Positions 36,918-46,336 of a stretch of 64,000 nucleotides of DNA are shown here, piece after piece. Both the position numbers and the translations under genes were made by a program. Every line of letters starts with the position of its first letter. The stretch's first letter is position 1. The DNA is from Candidatus Omnitrophota bacterium (lineage in GTDB: Bacteria > Omnitrophota > Gorgyraeia > Zapsychrales > Fredricksoniimonadaceae), in the NCBI GenBank assembly GCA_903860135.1, contig CAIOPG010000008.1, positions 127 through 64,126 on the forward strand, in the 5' to 3' direction. The notes below the pieces were generated by a model. The model was not told the DNA's origin. It searched no databases and saw only the letters and a list, made by a program, of their open reading frames with translations.

Positions 36918-37419
36918 CCCAGCGCTTCATATACGCACTGTCCTCCCGGCCTGAAAGGACAAACACCGTTGTGCATCCGGCATTCCTGCCGGCCTTGATA
37001 TCGCCCTCGGTGTCCCCCACAAAATACGCGTGCGGCGCATCGTCGATGGTCTTGTCAATGGAGCCGAGCGCCTTGATCATGTTGCCAATGCGCGGCTTGC
37101 GGCAATTACAGCCGTCGGTAGACTTGCAAGTGCAGTAAAGGACATCCGTGATCCGTCCCCCCGCGTCCGCGATCCCCTTGAGCATGTGCGCGGTGATCAG
37201 CTCAAGCTTGCGCAGGCTGTAAACCCCCTTGCCCACCCCGGCCTGGTTGGAGATCACAAAAATATCAAAACCCGCCGCCGTCAGCTTCGCAATCGCCTCG
37301 TGCACCCGCGGGATAAAATGAAAATCCTTGACCTTGGTCACATAAAGGCCATTGCCCGGGAATTCATTGATCACGCCATCTCTGTCAAGAAAAACAACTT
37401 TCATATCGATCAACCCCAT
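36805..37419 (-). CDS. gmhB: D-glycero-D-manno-heptose 1,7-bisphosphate phosphatase (HAD family)
   Basis: Has the FLDRDGVIN motif I and the zinc-binding motif CxC...CxCRKP (CTCKSTDGCNCRKP) characteristic of GmhB. Confidence 0.75.
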   Translation of the reverse strand: MGLIDMKVVFLDRDGVINEFPGNGLYVTKVKDFHFIPRVHEAIAKLTAAGFDIFVISNQAGVGKGVYSLRKLELITAHMLKGIADAGGRITDVLYCTCKSTDGCNCRKPRIGNMIKALGSIDKTIDDAPHAYFVGDTEGDIKAGRNAGCTTVFVLSGREDSAYMKRWDVKPDFIVEDLYEAAELIIARDTGHSRQRGRRSSQGR

Positions 37420-37476
37420 ACGTTTTCTTACACGTCGTACCTGTTATCATTAACGCTTGCGCCCTGCCTGCAGGCA

Positions 37477-38253
37477 TTATTTCTCCGGCGGCGGCTTGAT
37501 GCCCCTGACGATCTCGTAATACTTGATATAGCTCATCATCTGGTACAAGAAAGCAAAGAAGGCGATCACAAACCCCATGAACCCGGACTTCCATCCCCCC
37601 TTGCCAATATATGAACGAAAGAAGCGGTCAGCCGGACGCCAAAAACCCACAAGCATCGTCATCTTTCGCCCGGTATCCACCCACTTTTGCGCTTCGAGCG
37701 AGGTCTGACGGTTCAGGCTTGCCAGAAAATGCGCCAGGTCAGGATAACCGTAATGGATCACATCTTTGGTCAGATGGCCGCATGTCCCGTCGTAAAAGAC
37801 CCGCGGATGCACCGGAGCCTCCTCGTAACGGAACAGGCTCTTGCGCACCAGGCGCGTCTTGGATCCCGGGTACCAGCCCGAATGATTGACCCAGTAAGTC
37901 CCGATATACGTCCGGAACGGGATGGAGAAAACCACATGCGTCGTCGTTGGCAGGATACTGTCAATTTCCTGCCGCAGCTCCGGGGTCACCCGCTCATCCG
38001 CATCAAGGTACAGCACCCATTCGTGCTTGGCCTGCGCCGCAGCCCAGTTGCGGTGAATGCCTTCATTGTCCATCGTACGGTTAAGAATGACCGCCCCATG
38101 CCCGGCGGAGATCGCCACCGTGCGATCGGTTGAGTTGTCATTGACAAGCACAACCTCGTCCGCCCAGCCTTTCACGCTCAGGATGCAGGCGTCCATATTT
38201 TCTTCTTCGTTCTTGGCGATAATAACAACAGAAACAGGGACTTTAGCCATCAA
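37477..38253 (-). CDS. GT2-family glycosyltransferase (LPS core type, WaaE/KdtX-like)
   Basis: VSVVIIAKNEEENM...DAD motif. Confidence 0.7.
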   Translation of the reverse strand: MMAKVPVSVVIIAKNEEENMDACILSVKGWADEVVLVNDNSTDRTVAISAGHGAVILNRTMDNEGIHRNWAAAQAKHEWVLYLDADERVTPELRQEIDSILPTTTHVVFSIPFRTYIGTYWVNHSGWYPGSKTRLVRKSLFRYEEAPVHPRVFYDGTCGHLTKDVIHYGYPDLAHFLASLNRQTSLEAQKWVDTGRKMTMLVGFWRPADRFFRSYIGKGGWKSGFMGFVIAFFAFLYQMMSYIKYYEIVRGIKPPPEK

Positions 38254-39356
38254 AGAGCCTCCTTAAGGGCGCTGGTCACGGCCCTGACCTGATCTTCGGT
38301 CATGTGCGGGAACATGGGCAACGACAAAATATCTTCGCACATTTTCTCCGATACAGGAAAATCGCCTGCCTTATAACCGGCATCCGCATAAGCTTCCTGT
38401 AGATGGATCGGGATCGGATAATGGATCAGGGACGTGATCCCCTTGGCTGCCAGATGCGCCATGACACGCGCGCGTTGCTTGAGGCGCACGGCATACGTCT
38501 GAAAAACGTGCTCCCTGTTTGCCGCCGCTACCGGAAGGACGATCCCGGTCCCGGTCAAATATTTTGCGTAAAGGCCCGCCACGCGCTGGCGCATCACATT
38601 CCACTGGTCCAGGTACGGCAATTTCTGGGAAAGCACCACCGCCTGAAGCGTATCCAGGCGTGAATTATGCCCCTTGAATTTGTGCGCATAGCGATCGGTA
38701 CGGCCATAATCCCGCAGCATGCGTACCATGTACGCCACATTATCATCATTGGTCACGACCATGCCGCCATCGCCCCAGGCCCCCAGCCCTTTGGTCGGAT
38801 AAAAACTGAAACACCCGGCATGCCCCATCGAACCACTGCGGCGCCCTTTATAACGCGTGCCATGCGCCTGACAGGCATCTTCAAGGACCGCAACCCCGTG
38901 CCTGGCCGCCACCGCCAGGATTTCATCCATGTCGGCTGTCTGGCCATAAAGATGCACCGGAATGATCACCTTGGTCTTGGCGGTAATAACTTTTTCAAGT
39001 TTGACAGGATCCATATTGCACGAAGCCTCATCAATATCGACGAACTTGACCCTGGCGCCGGTATAGGAAACGCATAACGCGGTCGCGATGAACGTATACG
39101 TCGGCAGGATCACCTCATCGCCTTCGCCGACGCCCAGCGCGGCCAGGGCCAGATAAAGCGCATCGGTGCCGGAATTGACACCAACGGCATGTTTCACGCC
39201 GCAGTACGCCGCGAACTCATCCTCAAATTTCTTGACCTCCGGGCCCATGATGAAAGAAGCCTTGGCAATGACCTGCGCAAAGGCCGCATCCACACCGGCA
39301 CGGATCACCTTGTTCTGTTCGGTAAAATCAATGAAAGGAACGCTCATGACAACCAC
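38250..39356 (-). CDS. DegT/DnrJ/EryC1/StrS-family PLP-dependent sugar aminotransferase
   Basis: 368 aa with the family's characteristic architecture and a catalytic Lys region (SFYPTKGLGAWGDGG). Confidence 0.8.
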   Translation of the reverse strand: MVVMSVPFIDFTEQNKVIRAGVDAAFAQVIAKASFIMGPEVKKFEDEFAAYCGVKHAVGVNSGTDALYLALAALGVGEGDEVILPTYTFIATALCVSYTGARVKFVDIDEASCNMDPVKLEKVITAKTKVIIPVHLYGQTADMDEILAVAARHGVAVLEDACQAHGTRYKGRRSGSMGHAGCFSFYPTKGLGAWGDGGMVVTNDDNVAYMVRMLRDYGRTDRYAHKFKGHNSRLDTLQAVVLSQKLPYLDQWNVMRQRVAGLYAKYLTGTGIVLPVAAANREHVFQTYAVRLKQRARVMAHLAAKGITSLIHYPIPIHLQEAYADAGYKAGDFPVSEKMCEDILSLPMFPHMTEDQVRAVTSALKEAL

Positions 39357-40417
39357 TCCTCCAGGGCCTGATAGACCGCATCAACGGTTAATGTTTTTAA
39401 ACAACTCAGATGTGTACACGACGACATACGAAACTTCCTGTAACAGGGCTGACACATCATCCCCTTGACCAAGACCTTATGTTCTCCGATGGGAAAAGGC
39501 CCGTAGACCACAGGATCCACCGGTCCGAACAACGACACCGTGCGCACACCGCAAGCCACGGCCATGTGTAAAGGCCCTCCGTCATTAACAATGACCGCCC
39601 GCGCCTGGCGCATCAGTGCCGCCGATTGCAGCAGCGTTGTCTGTCCTGCCAGGACGATCAAAGGCCTTTGAACAGCTCCGGCGACCTGCCGGCAAAGAGA
39701 TTCTTCATTCTTGTCCCCCATCAGTATAATGGGGAGGGTCGATCTTTCAATTATTTTCTCGGCCAATTTCACCCAGCTTTCCGCCGGCCAGCGCTTGAGC
39801 CCCGCGTCCCGGCCCCAGCTAGCCCCGCCACCGGGGTACATGATCAGAAAAGACTTATCCGCCAGCCCCTGCGCTCCGAGAAAATCAGCGGCCCAGGACT
39901 GATCCTGGACAGGAACAAACAAACGCATCAGCGGCTGACCTCCTGCCACCATACCGCCCCCCCCACCCAGGGCCAGAAGATCCATATTGTACTCGATCAC
40001 ATGACGCCCCTCGTAACCATACAAAGGGATCTTGTGGGTCAGCCACCGGCCGCGGCCCTTGTAATCAAAACCGATGCGGCGCGGGATCCCGGCCAACAGC
40101 AAGGCCAGGCTGAGCGCTGATCCGCCGGAAAGATCATAGGCCGTGTCATACCCGGCGCCATGGATCTCATCGACAAAAGCCTTCCACTTCATCATGAAGT
40201 TCCATGGTGAACGACGATAGACCGCCACAAAAGCATCGCGGTCATAAACAAAGACCTTGTTGATCCGTGGGTCTTGCCGCAAGAAATCAGCGGTACGCGG
40301 GTTGCAGATATAACTGACCAACGCCCCGGGATCAGACAACTGCAGGGCCGACACCAGCGGCGTCGAGAACAATACGTCCCCGATACCAAAATTATTGACA
40401 ATCAGGATCTTTTTCAT
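39344..40417 (-). CDS. GT9-family ADP-heptose:LPS heptosyltransferase
   Basis: 357 aa with the RfaF/WaaC-like N-terminus (KILIVNNFGIGDVLFSTPL). Confidence 0.75.
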   Translation of the reverse strand: MKKILIVNNFGIGDVLFSTPLVSALQLSDPGALVSYICNPRTADFLRQDPRINKVFVYDRDAFVAVYRRSPWNFMMKWKAFVDEIHGAGYDTAYDLSGGSALSLALLLAGIPRRIGFDYKGRGRWLTHKIPLYGYEGRHVIEYNMDLLALGGGGGMVAGGQPLMRLFVPVQDQSWAADFLGAQGLADKSFLIMYPGGGASWGRDAGLKRWPAESWVKLAEKIIERSTLPIILMGDKNEESLCRQVAGAVQRPLIVLAGQTTLLQSAALMRQARAVIVNDGGPLHMAVACGVRTVSLFGPVDPVVYGPFPIGEHKVLVKGMMCQPCYRKFRMSSCTHLSCLKTLTVDAVYQALEEWLS

Positions 40418-41559
40418 TTTAGCAAGGCGTTATAAACCGCCAGCGTTTCCATGGCCGTCCGCTGCCAGGTCATGGGGCGGATCTGTGTGTAACCCTTTTC
40501 AGTATAGAGTCCGCGCTCCACTTCATTGCCCAGCAGACGCTGGAGTGCTTCCGCCAGAGCTACCGGATCATAAGGATCAATGATGACCGCCGCCTCACCG
40601 GCCACTTCAGCCACACCGCCGCGATCCGTGGCAATGACTGCCGTCCCGCAGGCAAAGGCCTCGACCATCGACTGCGGAAAACCTTCACACAGCGACGTAA
40701 CGATCGCCGCCTCGGCATTGGCCACAATGACCTGCAAGGCCTTCTCGGCCACAAACCCCGTTGCCACCACCCGCTCGCGGATCCCGAGCATTCCGATCTT
40801 GCGCTGAGCCCGGTCAAAAAGCCCCTGCGACCGCGCGATCGCCCCCGTAAAGACCAGGGCGATATCATCAGGCATGGCCCGCTGGAACCGCGCAAATCCA
40901 TCGAGCACAAGATCCAGGTTGCGGCGTTTATGATTAAGCCCCGAAAAATTTACCACATAGCGCCGGCCCCAAAGATGGTACTTGCGCAAGATGGCCTCCT
41001 CTTCCTGCCGGGAAATATCCTCTTCATAAATAAGCTCCGCGCCATAAGGGATCACCGCAACTTTCGCACCCGCAACGCGGTTAAGCCTTACAATATCCTT
41101 GCGGCTCACCTCGACCCCTGTCAGCACGCGCCCGGCGCGGTGCGTCCAGAAAAGGCTCCTGAGCTTGTACCGCCAGGCCTTGCGCCAGTCCTTCAACGAT
41201 CCCAGGATCCATGGCGACATATCGTGCACCGTCACCACCGACGGGCATCCTGGCCAGAATACCGCGGTATCCGTCCCGCCGGGCTGATGAAAGATATCCA
41301 CCGGATATTCGCCCAGAAGCCGCGGCAAATACCGCAACGCCCAATGCGTCCGCTCCTCGCGCGGCAGATCCAGCGCCACCCGCCGCACCTGCGGGTAATG
41401 AATGAAGGCGTCATACTCGACACATATCTTGTCGGGCGCGAACAGGACGATCTCGAGGCTTTTGTCCGCCACCACCAGCGCGCGCACCAGCCGCGAAAGA
41501 TAATTCGCCACCCCCGACCGCTCCTGTGTCAAACTCACCGCATCAAAACCGATCTTCAT
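40414..41559 (-). CDS. GT4-family glycosyltransferase
   Basis: 381 aa. C-terminal EGFPQSMVEAFACGTAVIATD is the GT4 E-x7-E region. Confidence 0.7.
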   Translation of the reverse strand: MKIGFDAVSLTQERSGVANYLSRLVRALVVADKSLEIVLFAPDKICVEYDAFIHYPQVRRVALDLPREERTHWALRYLPRLLGEYPVDIFHQPGGTDTAVFWPGCPSVVTVHDMSPWILGSLKDWRKAWRYKLRSLFWTHRAGRVLTGVEVSRKDIVRLNRVAGAKVAVIPYGAELIYEEDISRQEEEAILRKYHLWGRRYVVNFSGLNHKRRNLDLVLDGFARFQRAMPDDIALVFTGAIARSQGLFDRAQRKIGMLGIRERVVATGFVAEKALQVIVANAEAAIVTSLCEGFPQSMVEAFACGTAVIATDRGGVAEVAGEAAVIIDPYDPVALAEALQRLLGNEVERGLYTEKGYTQIRPMTWQRTAMETLAVYNALLK

Positions 41560-41617
41560 GCATGCCTCCGGAATAATACCGATATCATTTCTTATTTACT
41601 CATACTTATTACATCAC

Positions 41618-42718
41618 TTAATCTTCATCAGAAGCATCTTTAAGCGCATTTTCAATTTCATGAACAGTTGGAAGACTTGGACGGAGATTGGCCGGCAGGC
41701 GTTTAACTAACGTCGTTTCCCACTCCGCAACACCGATCGGCTTATGAATATCCCGAAAAGCATACTCGACATCAATCTTATTCTTAGATCGGCACAGAAG
41801 AAGCCCGATCGTCGGCTGATCACCTTCCTTGCGGATCAAATCATCGACGGCAGAAAGATAATAATTCAACTTGCCGGCATGCTCTGGCTTAAAACCCCCT
41901 GCTTTTAGTTCAACAACAATATACGCATGCAACTGCGTATGATAAAAAAGCAGATCAAGAAAATACGTACTCCCAGCCACGACAACAGGCACCTGACGCC
42001 CAATAAAAGCAAACCCGGCACCCATCTCCAAAAGCAATTTTGCCACATGCCCCACCAATTGCCCCTCCACCTCCCGCTCACGCACCGGCTCAGTCAACGT
42101 CAGAAAATCAAAAACATACGGATCTTTAAGCGCCTCTTGCGCAAGACCTGATTGCGCCAACGGCAATACAGTCTTAAAATTCGTAACAGCTTTCCCTTGA
42201 CGATGAAAAACATCAGCTTTGATCTGAGCTGCCAATGTTTCCCGTCCCCATCCCTGCTCTGTGGTTTTCTGTGCGTACCAAAGTCGCTCCGCTTCATCAG
42301 CGATCTTTTCTACCAAAACAATATTATGCCCCCAAGGCAATTGTCGCACAGCCTGTGCGACAATTACATCCTGCCTAGGATACGCCAGATAAAATGCCCG
42401 CATTCGGTAAAGATTGGCCCTCGATAAACCCTCCACCCCAGAAAACTCTTTGGCGAGATCGCCAGCCAGACGCTCTATCACCTTTGTACCCCATGCCGCC
42501 TGTTTCTGTCTTTCGCAAATCGACTGCCCGATATCCCAATAAAGCTCAACCAAAGCACTGTTCGCCGACAGAGCCGTCTTTATCTGAACTTGACGAATAC
42601 GCGTCTTGAGTGAATTCAGAAACTCTGCATACCCAGCAGGTATGGCTGACAAGCCTGCACTTTTGGCATCCTTGAGCTTCTTCATTCCTTGAGCTTTCTT
42701 TTTCACAAGCAATCCCAT
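41618..42718 (-). CDS. YhcG-like PDDEXK nuclease-domain protein (DUF1016)
   Basis: 366 aa with an N-terminal DUF1016-like region and a C-terminal PD-(D/E)xK core (LDLLFY...YIVVELKAG). Confidence 0.65.
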   Translation of the reverse strand: MGLLVKKKAQGMKKLKDAKSAGLSAIPAGYAEFLNSLKTRIRQVQIKTALSANSALVELYWDIGQSICERQKQAAWGTKVIERLAGDLAKEFSGVEGLSRANLYRMRAFYLAYPRQDVIVAQAVRQLPWGHNIVLVEKIADEAERLWYAQKTTEQGWGRETLAAQIKADVFHRQGKAVTNFKTVLPLAQSGLAQEALKDPYVFDFLTLTEPVREREVEGQLVGHVAKLLLEMGAGFAFIGRQVPVVVAGSTYFLDLLFYHTQLHAYIVVELKAGGFKPEHAGKLNYYLSAVDDLIRKEGDQPTIGLLLCRSKNKIDVEYAFRDIHKPIGVAEWETTLVKRLPANLRPSLPTVHEIENALKDASDED

Positions 42719-42793
42719 ATCAGACTCTCTATATCAAAACCGATCTTCATGCCGTCTCCCTTGTGTCGAACATCTGCCGCCACGCTAAACACC

Positions 42794-43576
42794 TCACCGC
42801 TTCACGGCCTCCAGGATCAAATGTTTACCCTGTAGTATCTCCCAGGACAAGAGGATCCTGTTCATCCGGGAGTAATCCACCCCGCCCTTCTTGCGGGTCC
42901 TCCCTGCCTTGATCATGCTTTGTAACGCCAGGATCGGCCGAAAAATCAATGCCGGAAGAAACAAGTTTGCTTTCTTCTGATCCACATAATAATGCGCAAC
43001 ACTCAAGCTATTTCTTTCCAATAAATACTCTAATTCTTGATAACGCCAAGGGATCACATGCATATTCTGAATCCCCGCCGGAAAACATCGCGCATAATCC
43101 AGCGTCGGTTCACGGAAGAAATCATAACTGCCTTCACACAAAAATCTAAACCGTGATCCGATATTCAGGATATTGGGTGTGGACAAAACAAGTGTCCCCG
43201 CCTTTTTAAGAACCCTGCTGATTTCTGCAATAACAAAATCGGGATTATACACATGCTCAATGACTTCCATCAGGATCACCGCATCAAACGTGCCATCTTC
43301 ATACGGAAGCCGGCCTCCAAGATCACCCTGCTTAAAAGGGATAACGTCATGGAATAAAAATCTCGCAGCATCCATATCACACGCATGAACCTCAAAGCCC
43401 TTATTCGAAATCTTATGCCCCGTCTTTCCATCGCCACAACCTAAATCTAGGATCTTACCCCTCCCCCCCCTGGCAACGACCTCGACAACTTTCTCCAGCA
43501 AAGAGTTAACCACTTCAGTCAATGCCTCAACGCCATTACCTTTGACCATTCTTACTCCCTTGTTACACACATCCAT
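42794..43576 (-). CDS. Class I SAM-dependent methyltransferase; contains a G8 homopolymer (C8 on the plus strand at 43463-43470)
   Basis: Motif I ILDLGCGDGKTG. The poly-G tract encodes ARGGRGK near the N-terminus. Confidence 0.65.
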   Translation of the reverse strand: MDVCNKGVRMVKGNGVEALTEVVNSLLEKVVEVVARGGRGKILDLGCGDGKTGHKISNKGFEVHACDMDAARFLFHDVIPFKQGDLGGRLPYEDGTFDAVILMEVIEHVYNPDFVIAEISRVLKKAGTLVLSTPNILNIGSRFRFLCEGSYDFFREPTLDYARCFPAGIQNMHVIPWRYQELEYLLERNSLSVAHYYVDQKKANLFLPALIFRPILALQSMIKAGRTRKKGGVDYSRMNRILLSWEILQGKHLILEAVKR

Positions 43577-43641
43577 TCAGTTCACAGCTGACAATTACGG
43601 CAACAATATCAATAAACCCCGCTGCATCCAAGGTTCCACAA

Positions 43642-44586
43642 TTATACATCGACACATTTTCTCCTCAAGAAAGGCACCGTTACTCTCATCACTTCCCCGG
43701 CGGATATCCGTCGCACCATGTCTTCTGAATAACAACGTTGATCTTTTAAGATAATAAATATGACCGCCTGATACGCAGGCATTACCTTAAGCAAATAATG
43801 ATCCATCTCAATAGATACAGCGGTTAACACCTTGCTAAAAGGTTGGAGCAAGAACTTAAGCGGAAAATACACAAGAAAATTATATAAATCAACACAACAA
43901 CGAGGATATTTATTCTTCTTGGGATTATATATCCGTTCCTTCTTATCGATCAAAATCTGAGGGATCCTGAACTTCGTGCGAACAATTCTTTGAGCGATGA
44001 TTCGATAACCATCTTTTTTCAAAAAATTCATGCTATCCAGATCAAAATGATGAATATGCCCATGTGGCACATGTGTTTCTTTTTCTTTCGTCACAAAATC
44101 TTCCAAATCATGCGGCAACGTAATAATGACCGCTTTCCTCGCTACCCTTAAAAGCTCTGCAACACCTTTTTTCCAATCAGTAACATGTTCCAGTGATTCG
44201 CTGCAAAGTGCCACATCAAACGCATCATCCTGAAAAGGCAGCCCATGCACATCCCCGGGTATTGCCTTGATATTGAACAACTCTTGCGCGCGACGGCATG
44301 CCTCCTGGGATATATCCGAAGAAACAACCTCCGCGCCAAACAATCGCTTTACCACAAAAGCTTTATACCCCTCCGCCGCGCCGACATCCAAAAAACTTGA
44401 AAATTTCAGATGTGCCAAGGCCCTCATTATTTCATAGGTAATAATATACCTGTCATGAATACCGCCCTCGCAATGCCCCTGAGCAAAACCATAAACCGGC
44501 TGATGCGCAAAATAAACCCCGTCCTTATCAACCGTTTTGAACCGGTCTTCCAACCATTGCTTCGTTTTATCTGTATAGTCATCCAC
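43642..44586 (-). CDS. SAM-dependent methyltransferase
   Basis: 314 aa with motif I FLDVGAAEGY; lower GC. Confidence 0.55.
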   Translation of the reverse strand: MDDYTDKTKQWLEDRFKTVDKDGVYFAHQPVYGFAQGHCEGGIHDRYIITYEIMRALAHLKFSSFLDVGAAEGYKAFVVKRLFGAEVVSSDISQEACRRAQELFNIKAIPGDVHGLPFQDDAFDVALCSESLEHVTDWKKGVAELLRVARKAVIITLPHDLEDFVTKEKETHVPHGHIHHFDLDSMNFLKKDGYRIIAQRIVRTKFRIPQILIDKKERIYNPKKNKYPRCCVDLYNFLVYFPLKFLLQPFSKVLTAVSIEMDHYLLKVMPAYQAVIFIILKDQRCYSEDMVRRISAGEVMRVTVPFLRRKCVDV

Positions 44587-44625
44587 CCCGAAACCCCTTT
44601 TCTTGACACCAGATTTAATTTACTG

Positions 44626-45300
44626 TTATTGCCCCGGCCTCACTGTGCATAAGAACTGCGGGAACCGCGTGTCATCCAGAAATCCTCCTGAAATAAGATT
44701 CAGAATAAAAAATCCCAGGCTCATTTTCCTTGGATTCAACCCGACAATTTCAACGACCTGATACCCTGATCGCCGGAACATATTCGCCATCGACGTCTGC
44801 GTAAAAAATCTCACATGCGTAATATCCAGGATCCCGGAATCTGTATATTCCCATTTCTTCTTCAACAGAAGATCCTTCAAAACCCTGATAAAACGGATAT
44901 TAGGGATAGAACAGATCAGCACACCGTGCTTTTTTAACTTCAGCTTAAATTTACACAATAAAGCCGCAGGATCATAAATATGCTCCAGGACATCGTTGCA
45001 TACAATACAGTCAAAATGATCATCCGGCAGGCCGTCGACAAGTGCCGTGACATCTCCTATCAAGAGGCGGTCGACATTGCCCCTGGCCTGTTCCGCAATA
45101 ACAGCATTGAGCTCAACACCCCAGACTTCAGCCTTCTGCTGCTGCTTCAACGCGGCGGCAAACAATCCGGCCCCGCAACCAACATCCAGAACCCTGCTGG
45201 CAGACAACGGCACATGCGCCAGCACTTCCGTGCGGTCATGATGGTAATAATTTTTATCTGTATCTAACCCCATAATGCCAGCTATTCTTTTATGTTTCAA
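44626..45300 (-). CDS. Class I SAM-dependent methyltransferase
   Basis: 224 aa with motif I VLDVGCGAGLFAAAL. Confidence 0.65.
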   Translation of the reverse strand: MKHKRIAGIMGLDTDKNYYHHDRTEVLAHVPLSASRVLDVGCGAGLFAAALKQQQKAEVWGVELNAVIAEQARGNVDRLLIGDVTALVDGLPDDHFDCIVCNDVLEHIYDPAALLCKFKLKLKKHGVLICSIPNIRFIRVLKDLLLKKKWEYTDSGILDITHVRFFTQTSMANMFRRSGYQVVEIVGLNPRKMSLGFFILNLISGGFLDDTRFPQFLCTVRPGQ

Positions 45301-46327
45301 ACTTCATCTTTTGCATCTTCTCTTGAGAGTCCGACGCCTGCCCGGCAAAAAATGCCGCCGCCTCTTTCCCCTCGATCACCAGGTGAAATCTCTTGGCCTT
45401 GGCATACCTCGCATCATCAACAAGTATCAATGCCGACGTAATTCTGACCGCCCAGCGAGGAACCTGAACGACCTTCAAATTCGTATGCTGAAAAGCCACC
45501 GACCGTGAAGAAACAACCACCACCCTGTTCTGCCCCCGTAACAAATCCCTGACCCTGGACGTCATTTCTGCAGGAACACCATCATCAATAATAAGAAGTT
45601 TGAGCGGCTTGCCCCAGCGTTGATAAAAAATAATACCCTTTTGATCAATCAATGTGTTGATCTGGTTTTCAGGCCCGCAAACAGAATACGTGACATTCTT
45701 GATATGAAAAACAAATGCCCCCAGCGCCCGGACACAGATGTAGCCGACAGCCATGGCACGCATGGAATAATCCCAATCATCGTAATAGGCCGGAGCGAAA
45801 GCCTCGTCGAGCCCGCCGATCTTGTCGATCACACAGCGCTTGGTCAGGTAGCAACAGCCGCGCGCCCAGTCCGTTTCAATATACTCACCCTTATGAGGCA
45901 GAACATGCGTGGCAAAGAATTTATCCCGTCCGCCCTTGAATTTCTTTATCACATCCCACTGCGGATTAACGATCCCGATCTGCGGATCTTTTTCCGCTAC
46001 AGCGATCATTTCCGAAAGCCATCCTGGGTACACGATTGTGTCATTGTTCATCACCACCACATACGGGGCTGTGGCGTATTTTAATCCATGATTGACCGTG
46101 CCCACATACCCGAGATTTTTTGCATTATGCACAACACGCACACGCTCCGGCTCGGCCAACTGGAGCTCGCGAAGATACGCTGCGGTCTCCGGCTTAGCGC
46201 TGGCGTCATCGACAATAAAAAGCCGGAAGGGATACGCGGTATGCGCGAGGATGCTTGCCACACAAGCCCGCGTATAATCGACCTGGTCATAAACCGGGAT
46301 CACAATGGCACACAAGGGCTGGGACAT
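45290..46327 (-). CDS. GT2-family glycosyltransferase
   Basis: AIVIPVYDQVDYT...FIVDDAS...DxD-type motifs. Confidence 0.7.
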   Translation of the reverse strand: MSQPLCAIVIPVYDQVDYTRACVASILAHTAYPFRLFIVDDASAKPETAAYLRELQLAEPERVRVVHNAKNLGYVGTVNHGLKYATAPYVVVMNNDTIVYPGWLSEMIAVAEKDPQIGIVNPQWDVIKKFKGGRDKFFATHVLPHKGEYIETDWARGCCYLTKRCVIDKIGGLDEAFAPAYYDDWDYSMRAMAVGYICVRALGAFVFHIKNVTYSVCGPENQINTLIDQKGIIFYQRWGKPLKLLIIDDGVPAEMTSRVRDLLRGQNRVVVVSSRSVAFQHTNLKVVQVPRWAVRITSALILVDDARYAKAKRFHLVIEGKEAAAFFAGQASDSQEKMQKMKFET

Positions 46328-46336
46328 AATGTATTC

